Counted from the first letter of the stretch, positions 16,544 through 24,914 are shown. The stretch is 32,000 nt of DNA from Nitrososphaera viennensis EN76 (GCF_000698785.1 NZ_CP007536.1:2495939-2527938); one strand, 5' to 3'. Program-made: numbers and translations. The notes: generated by a model not told the origin, from the letters alone.

Positions 16544-16683
16544 GAAACCCTGTCACTATATAGGATCAGGAAATAATAAAGTAAAGTGGTTGGCTGGAAT
16601 ATAGTTGCCTGCCCTGTCACCTCAATTATTATAATATCCTGCCGTTAAATTTCAAAATTAGCCATTTTTTTCACGATCTTATC

Positions 16684-16962
16684 TTACCTGACCCTTCTCT
16701 TGGCCCTTATCGATGACGCCAGGTACAGGACAAAGCCGCCGGCGACCATGCCAAGCCCGTACAGCGAGACAGCGCCCCTGTCGTAGTACGTCCCAAGGCC
16801 CACGACCAGCCCGCCCACTATCAGGAGGGCAATCCCTACGCGGGCGGCGCCGGGCATCTGCACCTTTGGCTTTGACGACAATACGCCTTCTATTGCCGCG
16901 GCGCCGTTAGATAATCCATTTGGTTTTCTGCTTGCCAATGTTTTTATTGCTTCCCTGGCCAT
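16684..16962 (-). CDS. Possible small 2-TM membrane protein (92 aa)
   Basis: Trimmed from ORF 16684..17199, whose 5' part is antisense to the oxidoreductase gene. Two hydrophobic segments: RVGIALLIVGGLVVGLGTYY and LYGLGMVAGGFVLYLASSI. The start is uncertain (ATG 16962, or the internal Met of MPGAARV). Confidence 0.45.
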   Translation of the reverse strand: MAREAIKTLASRKPNGLSNGAAAIEGVLSSKPKVQMPGAARVGIALLIVGGLVVGLGTYYDRGAVSLYGLGMVAGGFVLYLASSIRAKRRVR

Positions 16963-16983
16963 CAAGTGCACGCACATACAGAG

Positions 16984-18006
16984 ATGAAGGTCGCAGTCGT
17001 GGGCATCGGCGTCGCCGGCGCATACCTCATGAACCGGCTTTCTGACATGCACGACGTTCACGTGACGGGCTTTGAGCGCATGCCGGAGGACCAGCATGAC
17101 GCCGTGTGCGCATGGGCCACGTGCGAAAACGTCATGTCCGGCCTTGCGAAAAACTGCGGCCTCAATTTCGACGAATATGTCCTGCACCAGGGCAGGCACA
17201 TGAAGGTCGACCTGAACTCTGACTATGTTGATCTAAAGCTGAAGGGGATGGTCAGCTATGACAAGCTGAAACTAATCCAGGACATGATAAAGGGGACCGA
17301 CATCAAGTTCGGCAGGGCGCCAAGAAAGGAGGAATTAGAACCGGATTTTGACCTCATAATCGACGCGACAGGCTTTCACAGGAACTACCTGCCCCGCCTC
17401 GAAAACGAGCTGTGGATACCCTGCGTGCAGTACAAGGTGCGCTACAAGCCTGGGCGCGAGCCCTTTGACGATTTCTACCTGAAGGCGTTCCCGTCGATGA
17501 CGGGCTATTTCTGGTACTTCCCTCTTGGAAACGGCTACGCCCACATCGGCGCCGGCGACTTTGCCAAGGCGCACAACCCGCTTGTGGAAGAGTTTTTGAA
17601 AAAGCACGAGTGCGAAGCCGTCATCAAAAAAGTGGGAAGGCCGGTGCGCATCAGCCCTCCTGCAAACTGCGAGCCGTTCACCGACGGCCGCAAGTGCGTG
17701 GGCGTGGGCGAGTCGATAGGGACCGTGTTTGCGCTCCTCGGCGAGGGCATAATCCCGTCGACCTGGTGTGCCGACCTGTTTGTACAGAACATGCACGACC
17801 TGCAAGCGTACCGCGACGCGGTGATGAAAAAGTTCGAGATCTATTCGCTCATCTTCAAGTTCGTGCAGCTAAAGATACAGGGCAAGTTCAGCATGGTCCG
17901 GCACGCCGGCGACATGCTCAAGATCTACCTGCACATGAAGGGCGAGGAAGACAGGTACGGCATGGCCGTCAGGATGGCCGACATGCTCAAGGTGTCGCAG
18001 ATCTAA
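16984..18006 (+). CDS. FAD-dependent oxidoreductase, geranylgeranyl-reductase-like
   Basis: Trimmed to ATG 16984. The N-terminal dinucleotide fold is MKVAVVGIGVAGAYL (GxGxxG). LIIDATGF, YFWYFPLGNGYAHIGAG and GESIGTVFALLGEGI resemble the GGR/FixC family blocks. Family assignment is from memory. Confidence 0.65.
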   Translation: MKVAVVGIGVAGAYLMNRLSDMHDVHVTGFERMPEDQHDAVCAWATCENVMSGLAKNCGLNFDEYVLHQGRHMKVDLNSDYVDLKLKGMVSYDKLKLIQDMIKGTDIKFGRAPRKEELEPDFDLIIDATGFHRNYLPRLENELWIPCVQYKVRYKPGREPFDDFYLKAFPSMTGYFWYFPLGNGYAHIGAGDFAKAHNPLVEEFLKKHECEAVIKKVGRPVRISPPANCEPFTDGRKCVGVGESIGTVFALLGEGIIPSTWCADLFVQNMHDLQAYRDAVMKKFEIYSLIFKFVQLKIQGKFSMVRHAGDMLKIYLHMKGEEDRYGMAVRMADMLKVSQI

Positions 18007-18049
18007 AGCTTTAAAAATCGTGCCGGGACAGTGAGGTTGATAGATAGAT

Positions 18050-18589
18050 ATGCATACCGATTCTTCCGGGCACTCGCACGATAATCATTCACATCACGAT
18101 CATCCTCATCCTCATGATCATTCCCACGATCACGGGCAGCACTCTCACGAGCATGAGCAGGCCCACGCGCTAGAGCAGCAGCTGAACGAGATGGTCCAGC
18201 AGGGCAGGGTGCTGGAGGCGTACATGAACGACGTCATGAACCGCCAGGCGGCGGTCGGCAGGATGCTTGAAGAGGCTCGCATCGCGTCAGCCACCATCCA
18301 GGGCATCAGCGCAGAGGCAGACAGCGAGACTCTGATGCCAATAGGCATTGGCGTGTACGTCAAGACAAGCGTGCCGGCGGCAAAGAAGCTCCTGGTGAGC
18401 CTCGGCTCGGGAGTCACCATCGAAAAGAGCAGGGACGACGCGCTCAACTACGTCGAGGCGCGAATCAAGGAATACGAGGTGGCCATGAGGCAGCTTGAGG
18501 GCCAGCGCCAGCAGATCGCCATGCAGATGGAGCAGGTCCAGCAGCAGGTGAACATGATGCTCCGCGCCGCCCAGTCGCGCCAGGGCTAA
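18050..18589 (+). CDS. pfdA: Prefoldin alpha subunit with His-rich N-terminal extension
   Basis: Coiled coil, then a beta-hairpin core (ETLMPIGIGVYVKTSV...KLLVSLGSGVTIEKSRDDALNYVEARI), then a second coiled coil. It sits immediately upstream of ftsY, as in the conserved archaeal cluster. The first 39 residues contain 16 His. Confidence 0.8.
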   Translation: MHTDSSGHSHDNHSHHDHPHPHDHSHDHGQHSHEHEQAHALEQQLNEMVQQGRVLEAYMNDVMNRQAAVGRMLEEARIASATIQGISAEADSETLMPIGIGVYVKTSVPAAKKLLVSLGSGVTIEKSRDDALNYVEARIKEYEVAMRQLEGQRQQIAMQMEQVQQQVNMMLRAAQSRQG

Positions 18590-18613
18590 TCATAACAAAC
18601 GCGTGCGATAGAG

Positions 18614-20179
18614 ATGTTTGACAAGCTCAAGAAGGCTTTATCCGGAGCCGCAAAGAGCATCGGCCAGAAGGAGATAAGCGAAAAGATACTCGACGACACG
18701 CTCCTCGACCTCCAGATAGAGCTCCTTGAAAGCGACGTCGCGCAGGAGGTGGTCGACGACCTTTCTGCCAGGCTGAAAAAGGACCTGCTTGGGCTAAAGC
18801 TGGAAAAAGGGCAGGATGCAAGCCAGGTAATCGAGTCAAAACTACAGGAAATAGTTGCCGGGATTTTTGCCCGCGCAGGCAGGCTTGACATCGTGGAGAA
18901 AATCCGGGCAAAAAAGGAGGCAAAGCAGGGCCCGTTTGTAATCGTGTTTCTTGGCATCAACGGCACCGGCAAGACCACGACTGTCGCCAAGGTGGGAAAC
19001 CTCCTGCGCAAGAGCGGCATTTCTGTAGTGGTCGCCGCAGGCGACACGCACAGGGCCGGCGCCATCGAGCAACTGACGCAGCACGCCGAGCGCCTGTCTC
19101 TAAAAGTGATTGCGCAGAGGTACGGCGCAGACCCGTCGGCGGTCGGCCGCGACGCAGTTGACTATGCGAAAAAGCACTACATCGACGCCGTCCTCATAGA
19201 CACCGCCGGCAGGATGCAGACGTCCAAGAACCTCATGGACGAGATGTCCAAGATCGTCCGCGTGGTCAAGCCGGACATCAAGCTTTTTGTAGGCGACTCG
19301 CTTGCGGGAAACGACACGATAAACCAGGCCCGCGAGTTCTTCCAGTACGCCAACTTTGACGGCGCCATCCTCACAAAGATAGATGCCGATGCCAAGGGGG
19401 GCGCCGCGATTTCGATAGCGCACCTCACCTCAAAGCCGATTGCCTATGTGGGAGTAGGCCAGGGATACGACGACATGATACCTTTTGACCCCGACAAGTT
19501 CATCACGTCGCTGTTTGGAAGCGCGGCCGTGAGCGTGCAGGACCTGATGTCAGCGCCGCTCCCGCCTCCTCCTCCTCCTACTACTACTATACCACCGCGT
19601 CCTGAGCAAGAGCCAGAGGCACAGCAAGAAAAAGAACCAGAGCCGCGGCCCGCGGCTGCGGCGGCAAGCGCGTCGCCGCTTTTTCCTTCGCGCGTAGAAC
19701 AAGAGCCTGCAAAGGAAGAGCCAAAGAAGGATGACGACCGCGACCTTCCCCCACCTCCTCCTTCGCCGCCCGTGCAGGCAAGCCCTCCTCCGCCTCCACC
19801 GCCGCCCTCATCACCGCCTCCCGCGCCGGAACCTGTCGTGAGGGAAGAGCCGAGAGCGGAAAAGAAGAGCCGCTTTGGAGGGCTGTTTGGCCGCAAGAAA
19901 GATGATAACAGCGAGGACAGGCGCAGGCGCGAAGAGGAGGAAGAACGACGCAAGGCCGAAGAATCGAACAAGCGCAAAGAAGAGGAAGAAGAGCGCCAGC
20001 GCAGAAAAGAGGAGGAGCAGCGCAAGAAGGACGAGGATCAGCAGCGGAAAAAGCGCGAAGAGGAGGAACGCAAGCGCAAGGAGAAAGAGGAGAAGAAAAA
20101 GCGCAAAGATGATAAGGATAGCAAGAAAGACGATGTTGTATACCTGACAGATGAAGACATTGAAGACCTCCTCAAGTAG
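18614..20179 (+). CDS. ftsY: Signal recognition particle receptor FtsY with long low-complexity C-terminal extension
   Basis: The archaeal N-terminus MFDKLKKAL and an NG domain with G1 GINGTGKTTT, G3 DTAGR and G4 TKIDADAKGG are present. The canonical end lies near ...FDPDKFITSLFG (~aa 302). A further ~219 aa of Pro-rich and then Lys/Glu/Arg-rich sequence follow in the same frame. Confidence 0.93.
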   Translation: MFDKLKKALSGAAKSIGQKEISEKILDDTLLDLQIELLESDVAQEVVDDLSARLKKDLLGLKLEKGQDASQVIESKLQEIVAGIFARAGRLDIVEKIRAKKEAKQGPFVIVFLGINGTGKTTTVAKVGNLLRKSGISVVVAAGDTHRAGAIEQLTQHAERLSLKVIAQRYGADPSAVGRDAVDYAKKHYIDAVLIDTAGRMQTSKNLMDEMSKIVRVVKPDIKLFVGDSLAGNDTINQAREFFQYANFDGAILTKIDADAKGGAAISIAHLTSKPIAYVGVGQGYDDMIPFDPDKFITSLFGSAAVSVQDLMSAPLPPPPPPTTTIPPRPEQEPEAQQEKEPEPRPAAAAASASPLFPSRVEQEPAKEEPKKDDDRDLPPPPPSPPVQASPPPPPPPPSSPPPAPEPVVREEPRAEKKSRFGGLFGRKKDDNSEDRRRREEEEERRKAEESNKRKEEEEERQRRKEEEQRKKDEDQQRKKREEEERKRKEKEEKKKRKDDKDSKKDDVVYLTDEDIEDLLK

Positions 20180-21113
20180 CAGCAAGCGCGACCTGCTCAG
20201 CATGCAGGACCTTTCGGCCGCAGACATACAGGCCATCCTGAAATTGGCGGCAAAGCTAAAGAAGGAGCAAAAGGCCGGCAAGGCCCGCCCGCTCTTGCGC
20301 GGAAAAACCCTTGGCATGATATTCCAGAAACCATCAACGCGAACGCGCGTCAGCTTTGAAGTGGGCATGAGCCAGCTTGGCGGAAGCGCGATATACCTCG
20401 GCTCAACCGACATCCAGCTTGCCCGGGGCGAGACCATCGAGGACACCGCCAAGACCCTTTCGCGCTATGTCGACTGCCTTATGGCCCGCGTCTACGACCA
20501 CGCAGACGTGCAGAAACTCGCCGCCTCTGCGTCGATACCTGTAATTAACGGGCTTTCAGACGCGTTCCACCCGTGCCAGATACTTGCCGACCTCCTGACT
20601 ATACGGGAGCACAAGAAAAAGCTGGAGGGCCTGCGCATGGCTTGGCTTGGCGACGGCGACAACGTCTGCAACGACCTCCTGCTGGCTGCCGCAAAGACAG
20701 GCATCAGCATGGCAGCGGCGTGCCCCGCCGGCTATGAGCCGCTTGAAGGCGTTGTAAAGACTGCCAAGGCAGAGGGCAAGAAAACCGGCGCCGAGATAAC
20801 AGTCACCGCAGACCCTGCCACGGCCGCAAAGGACGCCGACATTGTCGTCACCGACACGTTCATCTCTATTGGCAAGGAGGGCGAGCGCGCCACCCGCGAA
20901 TCCGTGTTCCTTCCAAAGTACCAGGTAAACGCCGGGATGATGCGGCTTGCAAAAAAAGACGCGATTTTCATGCACTGCCTGCCGGCAAAGCGCGGCCAGG
21001 AGGTGACGGCCGACGTCATCGACGGCCCGCAGTCTGTTGTGTGGGACGAGGCGGAAAACCGCCTGCACGCGCAAAAGGCCGTCCTGTGCATGCTCATGAA
21101 GAAGGCTGCCTAG
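20151..21113 (+). CDS. argF: Ornithine carbamoyltransferase
   Basis: FQKPSTRTRVSFE (carbamoyl-phosphate site), SDAFHPCQILADL and FMHCLPAKRG (HCLPA is typical of OTCase). The conserved N-terminal KRDLLSMQDLS supports ATG 20151, which overlaps the ftsY 3' end by 29 nt. Confidence 0.92.
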   Translation: MKTLKTSSSSSKRDLLSMQDLSAADIQAILKLAAKLKKEQKAGKARPLLRGKTLGMIFQKPSTRTRVSFEVGMSQLGGSAIYLGSTDIQLARGETIEDTAKTLSRYVDCLMARVYDHADVQKLAASASIPVINGLSDAFHPCQILADLLTIREHKKKLEGLRMAWLGDGDNVCNDLLLAAAKTGISMAAACPAGYEPLEGVVKTAKAEGKKTGAEITVTADPATAAKDADIVVTDTFISIGKEGERATRESVFLPKYQVNAGMMRLAKKDAIFMHCLPAKRGQEVTADVIDGPQSVVWDEAENRLHAQKAVLCMLMKKAA

Positions 21114-21777
21114 CAGACTTTTTCTTCTTGCGTCTCATGTACCACACGGCTATTGTTGCCGCCAGGCCTGCCAGTACGACGGCGCCTACTATGGTAAACG
21201 CCGCCGACAGCTCTTCTGCGACCGCGTTCCACGCCCCGCCCACGTAAAACCCGACAAGGGTGAGGGCCGTGGACCACACGAGCGAGCCGGCAAACGTAAA
21301 GACCGTAAAACGCGCGATCTTCATCCCGCCGATCCCTGCCGGTATGGATATGAGCTCCCTGACTCCAGGCACCATCCTTGCGGCAAACACTGCGGCAGGG
21401 CCGTATTTTGCAAACCAGCCTTCCGCCTTTTTCAGGTCGTCCTCGCCCATGCGGATGTACCTGCCGTAGCGGAGGATTGCCGCGCGGCCAATCTTTCTGG
21501 CAACAAGGTAGATGACGATTGCCCCTGCAGTAGAGCCCAGCGCGCCAACCGCCGCCATTCCGAGCGCGTTTTCTAGGCCGAGGCCGTTGCTCTGCGCCGT
21601 AAAGCCGACCAGGGGAAAGACTATCTCGCTTGGTATCGGCGGAAAGACCATTTCAAGAAACGCGGCCGCAAACACTGCCGGGTAGCCGTACTGCACTATC
21701 AGCAACGAAATGCTGTCTGCGACCTGGGAAAGCAGCCCCGCGCTCGCAAGGACTATGACAGCAAGGGCCGCTCGCAT
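21094..21777 (-). CDS. DedA / SNARE-associated family membrane protein
   Basis: Trimmed from ORF 21094..22038 to ATG 21777 (MRAALAV...). Family blocks are FLEMVFPPIPSEIVFPLVGF and ARMVPGVRELISIPAGIGGM, with multiple TM segments. The 3' end overlaps the argF 3' end by 20 nt (convergent). Confidence 0.85.
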   Translation of the reverse strand: MRAALAVIVLASAGLLSQVADSISLLIVQYGYPAVFAAAFLEMVFPPIPSEIVFPLVGFTAQSNGLGLENALGMAAVGALGSTAGAIVIYLVARKIGRAAILRYGRYIRMGEDDLKKAEGWFAKYGPAAVFAARMVPGVRELISIPAGIGGMKIARFTVFTFAGSLVWSTALTLVGFYVGGAWNAVAEELSAAFTIVGAVVLAGLAATIAVWYMRRKKKKSARQPSS

Positions 21778-21837
21778 CGCAGTATATCCTGTACCTGTAA
21801 AAAGATATAACATATATGTTATCTCTCTAAGGCGCAA
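21778..21837. promoter_or_regulatory. Divergent AT-rich promoter region with the 16-nt perfect palindrome ATAACATATATGTTAT
   Basis: A 60-nt spacer lies between the DedA gene (-) and the DUF763-like gene (+). The palindrome at 21807..21822 was read directly, and its TATA-like content faces both directions. Confidence 0.45.
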
Positions 21838-23001
21838 GTGTTGCGCCGGACCCAGTTCATCAACCTGCCCCTGCACACCGGACACCCGCCGGCCTACCTC
21901 ATGCGCCGTATGGTCAGGCTGTCGCACGCAATGGCAAAGGTCCTGGTGGACGCCTACGGCCAGCAAGAGTTTTTGCGCAGGCTCTCCGACCCGCTGTGGT
22001 TCCAGGCGTTTGGCTGCGTCCTTGGCTTTGACTGGCACTCTTCCGGCGTCACGACGGTCGTGACAGGCGTGCTAAAGCAGTCGCTTTCGCCCGACGTGCA
22101 CGGCATCGCAATAGCGGGCGGCAAGGGCAGAAAGTCAACCTCTGCCATGTCTGACATTCCAAAGCTTGCCGGTGATTTCGGCCTGTCGTCTGCAAAGACC
22201 GAGTCGCTGCTGTACGCAAGCAAGATGTCTGCCAAGGTGGACAGCGCGGCGGTGCAGGACGGCTATTCGCTCTACCACCATGCGATATTGTTTGACGAGC
22301 GAGGCGACTGGGCGGTGGTGCAGCAGGGCATGAACGCGGAGAACAGGATGGCCCGGCGCTACCACTGGGTATCTGACAGCCTGAAACAACAAGGAGGGTA
22401 CGTGCTTGCGCCGCACGCCGGCATAATCTGCGAGCAGAAAACGGCAAGGACGCTTGACATGACCTCCAAAGAGTCGCAGGAAAGCCAAAAGGTCTCACTC
22501 GACCTTGCGCGGGGCGACACAAACAACCTGAAATCGTCGATATACAAGCTGACGGCTGAAAACACGCTTGACCGGTGGCTGCTGGGAGGAGAACCTACAA
22601 AGAACATGACCGGCTACGAGATGCCCCGCCGGCTTGACTGGGACCTTTTCAGCAGGATATACGACGTCCAGCCGAAAAACTATGAAGAGCTCCTGTCGAT
22701 GCAGGGAGTCGGCGCGGCCACGGTGAGGGCGCTTGCGCTCGTGTCGGAACTCATATACGGCACGCCGGCGTCGTGGCAGGACCCTGTCAAGTACAGCTTT
22801 GCCCACGGCGGCAAGGACGGCGTGCCGCACCCCGTTGCGCGCAAGGTCTACGACCAGTCGATAAAGTACCTTGAAGGGGCAATAGACGGCGCCGAGCTGG
22901 AGCGGGAGGAGCGCACCGCCGCGCTGAAAAAGCTGGCGAAATTTTCAGAGACCATGTTCCCGTCTTCGGAAGGAGAAGGAGGGGAAGGGCAGTTAAGTTA
23001 A
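21838..23001 (+). CDS. DUF763-like conserved archaeal protein with a C-terminal helix-hairpin-helix-like segment
   Basis: The N-terminal block INLPLHTGHPPAYLMRRM...LSDPLWFQAFGCVLGFDWHSSGVTTVVTGVLK matches my memory of the DUF763 family (not verified by search). LLSMQGVGAATVRALALV looks HhH-like. GTG start. Confidence 0.65.
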   Translation: MLRRTQFINLPLHTGHPPAYLMRRMVRLSHAMAKVLVDAYGQQEFLRRLSDPLWFQAFGCVLGFDWHSSGVTTVVTGVLKQSLSPDVHGIAIAGGKGRKSTSAMSDIPKLAGDFGLSSAKTESLLYASKMSAKVDSAAVQDGYSLYHHAILFDERGDWAVVQQGMNAENRMARRYHWVSDSLKQQGGYVLAPHAGIICEQKTARTLDMTSKESQESQKVSLDLARGDTNNLKSSIYKLTAENTLDRWLLGGEPTKNMTGYEMPRRLDWDLFSRIYDVQPKNYEELLSMQGVGAATVRALALVSELIYGTPASWQDPVKYSFAHGGKDGVPHPVARKVYDQSIKYLEGAIDGAELEREERTAALKKLAKFSETMFPSSEGEGGEGQLS

Positions 23002-23037
23002 AAATAGCAGCTGCGCGAAAAACCTGCGTGCATACAT

Positions 23038-23346
23038 ATGGCTAAAGTCGTTGTCGGCAAGGCGTCAGAGATAGGCCCGGGCCAGATGGCCCACGTGACG
23101 GCTGGCGGAAAGGAGGTTCTGGTGGCAAACATCGGGGGCGTGTTTTACGCTGCAGGAAACACCTGCAACCACGCCGGGGCAGAGCTCCACGAAGGGACGC
23201 TCGACGGAAAAGAGCTGACCTGCCCCTGGCATGGAGCCAAGTGGGACGTCACTACGGGAGAGATGATCTGGTTTCCACAAAAGCTCAAGCCTATTGGCTC
23301 GTACAAGGTGTCGGTGGAAAACGGCACCGTCTACGTGGAGGTCTAG
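23038..23346 (+). CDS. Rieske [2Fe-2S] ferredoxin-type protein
   Basis: CNHAGAELHEG (Cys-x-His) and CPWHGAKWD (Cys-x2-His) at canonical spacing. At 102 aa it is stand-alone Rieske ferredoxin size. Confidence 0.9.
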   Translation: MAKVVVGKASEIGPGQMAHVTAGGKEVLVANIGGVFYAAGNTCNHAGAELHEGTLDGKELTCPWHGAKWDVTTGEMIWFPQKLKPIGSYKVSVENGTVYVEV

Positions 23347-23654
23347 GCAAGCCTCTTTTTTACGGACCTGACCTTTGCTTCGAGGCTCTGGTCCTTGTCA
23401 AGCCTCTCGTCTATTTTTACCGAGGAGATTATCCTTGCCGTGCCGGCCTTTTTGACTGCGGCGTGCGCGGCCTTTATCGCTGCGAGCACCGCGGAAATGT
23501 CCTCTGCCTCTATCTGGGTGCCAAGCGCCGTGAGCGTGGCTTTGACGCCTTTTGTTTCTCTGATGGCGTCAAACGCAAGCGCAACCTCCCTGCCCATGCT
23601 GGTACTGCCAGTTACCGGAATCACGCTTATCTCTGCGTGCACTGCCATATGCAC
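23343..23654 (-). CDS. MTH1187/YkoF-family (UPF0045, thiamine-binding-like) protein
   Basis: VHAEISVIPVTGSTSMGREVALAFDAI...TALGTQIEAEDISAVLAAIKAAH...GTARIISSVKIDERLDK matches the family pattern V.aeisv.P.g...s..v......mgT.iEG.....H......G..R....kiD.R.dk (from memory). Confidence 0.75.
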   Translation of the reverse strand: MHMAVHAEISVIPVTGSTSMGREVALAFDAIRETKGVKATLTALGTQIEAEDISAVLAAIKAAHAAVKKAGTARIISSVKIDERLDKDQSLEAKVRSVKKRLA

Positions 23655-23687
23655 CAGAGAAAACGTGCGGCTGGGCTAAAAACACTT

Positions 23688-24032
23688 TTACTTCTTCTTC
23701 TTTTGATCGCTGATCCGCCGCATGGCAGAGGCAAAGTCTGTAAGTGGCACTATCTTGACGGTGTTGAAAGCTGAAATGCCTGCCTCGATGCAGAACGTCT
23801 CGATCCCGTGCGCGTTTTCGGCCTCGACGATTATCGTCCACTCGTGCTCCAGCACCGAAAAGTAAAAGCCGACAATCTTTTTGACGCCTGTTTTTTCCAT
23901 CGATTCCTTCATCTTGCTGTCCATCTTGTCGGTGATTTCCTTGCTGCGCGCGTTGTTGAGCGGACACGACTCAGGACTGTGCCTTGCAAAGACGCCAAAA
24001 AGTGAGGCCATATCGCCTGTCAATGATGGCAT
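23688..24032 (-). CDS. Small hypothetical alpha/beta protein (107-114 aa)
   Basis: This is the 3' part of the 409-aa ORF 23688..24917; the remainder is antisense to the methyltransferase and is rejected. Candidate ATGs are at 24032 and 24011, with a TATA-like TATTATAGCTAT just upstream (minus-strand reading). No family assigned. Confidence 0.5.
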   Translation of the reverse strand: MPSLTGDMASLFGVFARHSPESCPLNNARSKEITDKMDSKMKESMEKTGVKKIVGFYFSVLEHEWTIIVEAENAHGIETFCIEAGISAFNTVKIVPLTDFASAMRRISDQKKKK

Positions 24033-24110
24033 AGCTATAATAACAGTTTTTCCGTGGCTTTTTATTATCCGGCCCCCAGATCCTGCTTGCCATTGAACAT
24101 AGCCGAGTTC

Positions 24111-24914
24111 ATGTCGACGCTTCCCCAGAACGTGGTAAAGGGCGAGTCTGTAGAGCTGCCAGAGCACGCGATTGAGCAGATGTTCAAGCTTGCCGGCCTG
24201 AAAAAAAGCGACACCTTTTTCCACCTTGGGTGCGGCCAGGGATGGGCAGTCGCGCTTGCCGCCAGGAAATTTGGCGTCAAAAAAGCAGTAGGTATAGAGA
24301 TAGACGAAAAGGCGGCCGCAAAGGCGCGGCGCAAGACAGCCCGGCTGAAAAATGCCGAGATAGTGGCAGGCGACATCCGCGACGCGGACATCTCTGGCGC
24401 CACCGTGGTCCTGTTCTGGTTCAGCGATCCCGGGATCGTGGACGCCATGGTCAAGAAATTCAGAAAAGAGCTGAAGGAAGGCGCCCGCGTAATCACCATC
24501 TGGTCCCCGCCGGGGATGATGCTTCCGCAAAAGGTCGACTTTCCGTTCTTTGTATGCACCAAGCCCTTCAAGTATGCGGCGTCTGTCAGGCAGCAGATAA
24601 AGGCAGTCTATGGCAACAAGTGCATCGACTTTACCGCCGCCTGGCTGCTTGCCGAGCGCTACATCGACGCGCTCGGGGTCGTGCCGGGCCAGTACCGGCG
24701 CTTTGTGAACATGCTGCAGAGCATGGTGATATGGATAAACGCGTGGAACATGGGAGTCACGTGCGAGGACGGCGTGCCGCCGCCCGTCAATGCGTACCTG
24801 GGCATCCTGCGCGAGTTTTTCGGCATCGACATGAAGGACCTGTTCACGCGGGAGCCAAAGGACGAAAGCATGACGACGATGGTATCCCCAAACGACAAGA
24901 TGGGCTGCTGCTGA
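24111..24914 (+). CDS. Class I SAM-dependent methyltransferase with an uncharacterised C-terminal domain
   Basis: Trimmed to ATG 24111. Motif I is DTFFHLGCGQGWAVALAA, followed by GIEID (acidic post-I) and the later VVLFWF block. The C-terminal ~130 aa are unassigned and end in ...KMGCC. Confidence 0.75.
   Translation: MSTLPQNVVKGESVELPEHAIEQMFKLAGLKKSDTFFHLGCGQGWAVALAARKFGVKKAVGIEIDEKAAAKARRKTARLKNAEIVAGDIRDADISGATVVLFWFSDPGIVDAMVKKFRKELKEGARVITIWSPPGMMLPQKVDFPFFVCTKPFKYAASVRQQIKAVYGNKCIDFTAAWLLAERYIDALGVVPGQYRRFVNMLQSMVIWINAWNMGVTCEDGVPPPVNAYLGILREFFGIDMKDLFTREPKDESMTTMVSPNDKMGCC

Noticed and set aside
16963-17199. N-terminal 79 codons of the 171-aa - strand ORF.
   Set aside because: It is antisense to the GxGxxG N-terminus of the oxidoreductase. 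Only the hydrophobic 3' part was retained, at low confidence.
19444-20452. Two - strand ORFs (193 aa and 213 aa) opposite the FtsY tail and the argF start.
   Set aside because: They are mirror images of the low-complexity Pro- and Lys/Glu/Arg-coding repeats, translating to poly-Ser/Gly/Leu/Phe strings. They are shadow ORFs.
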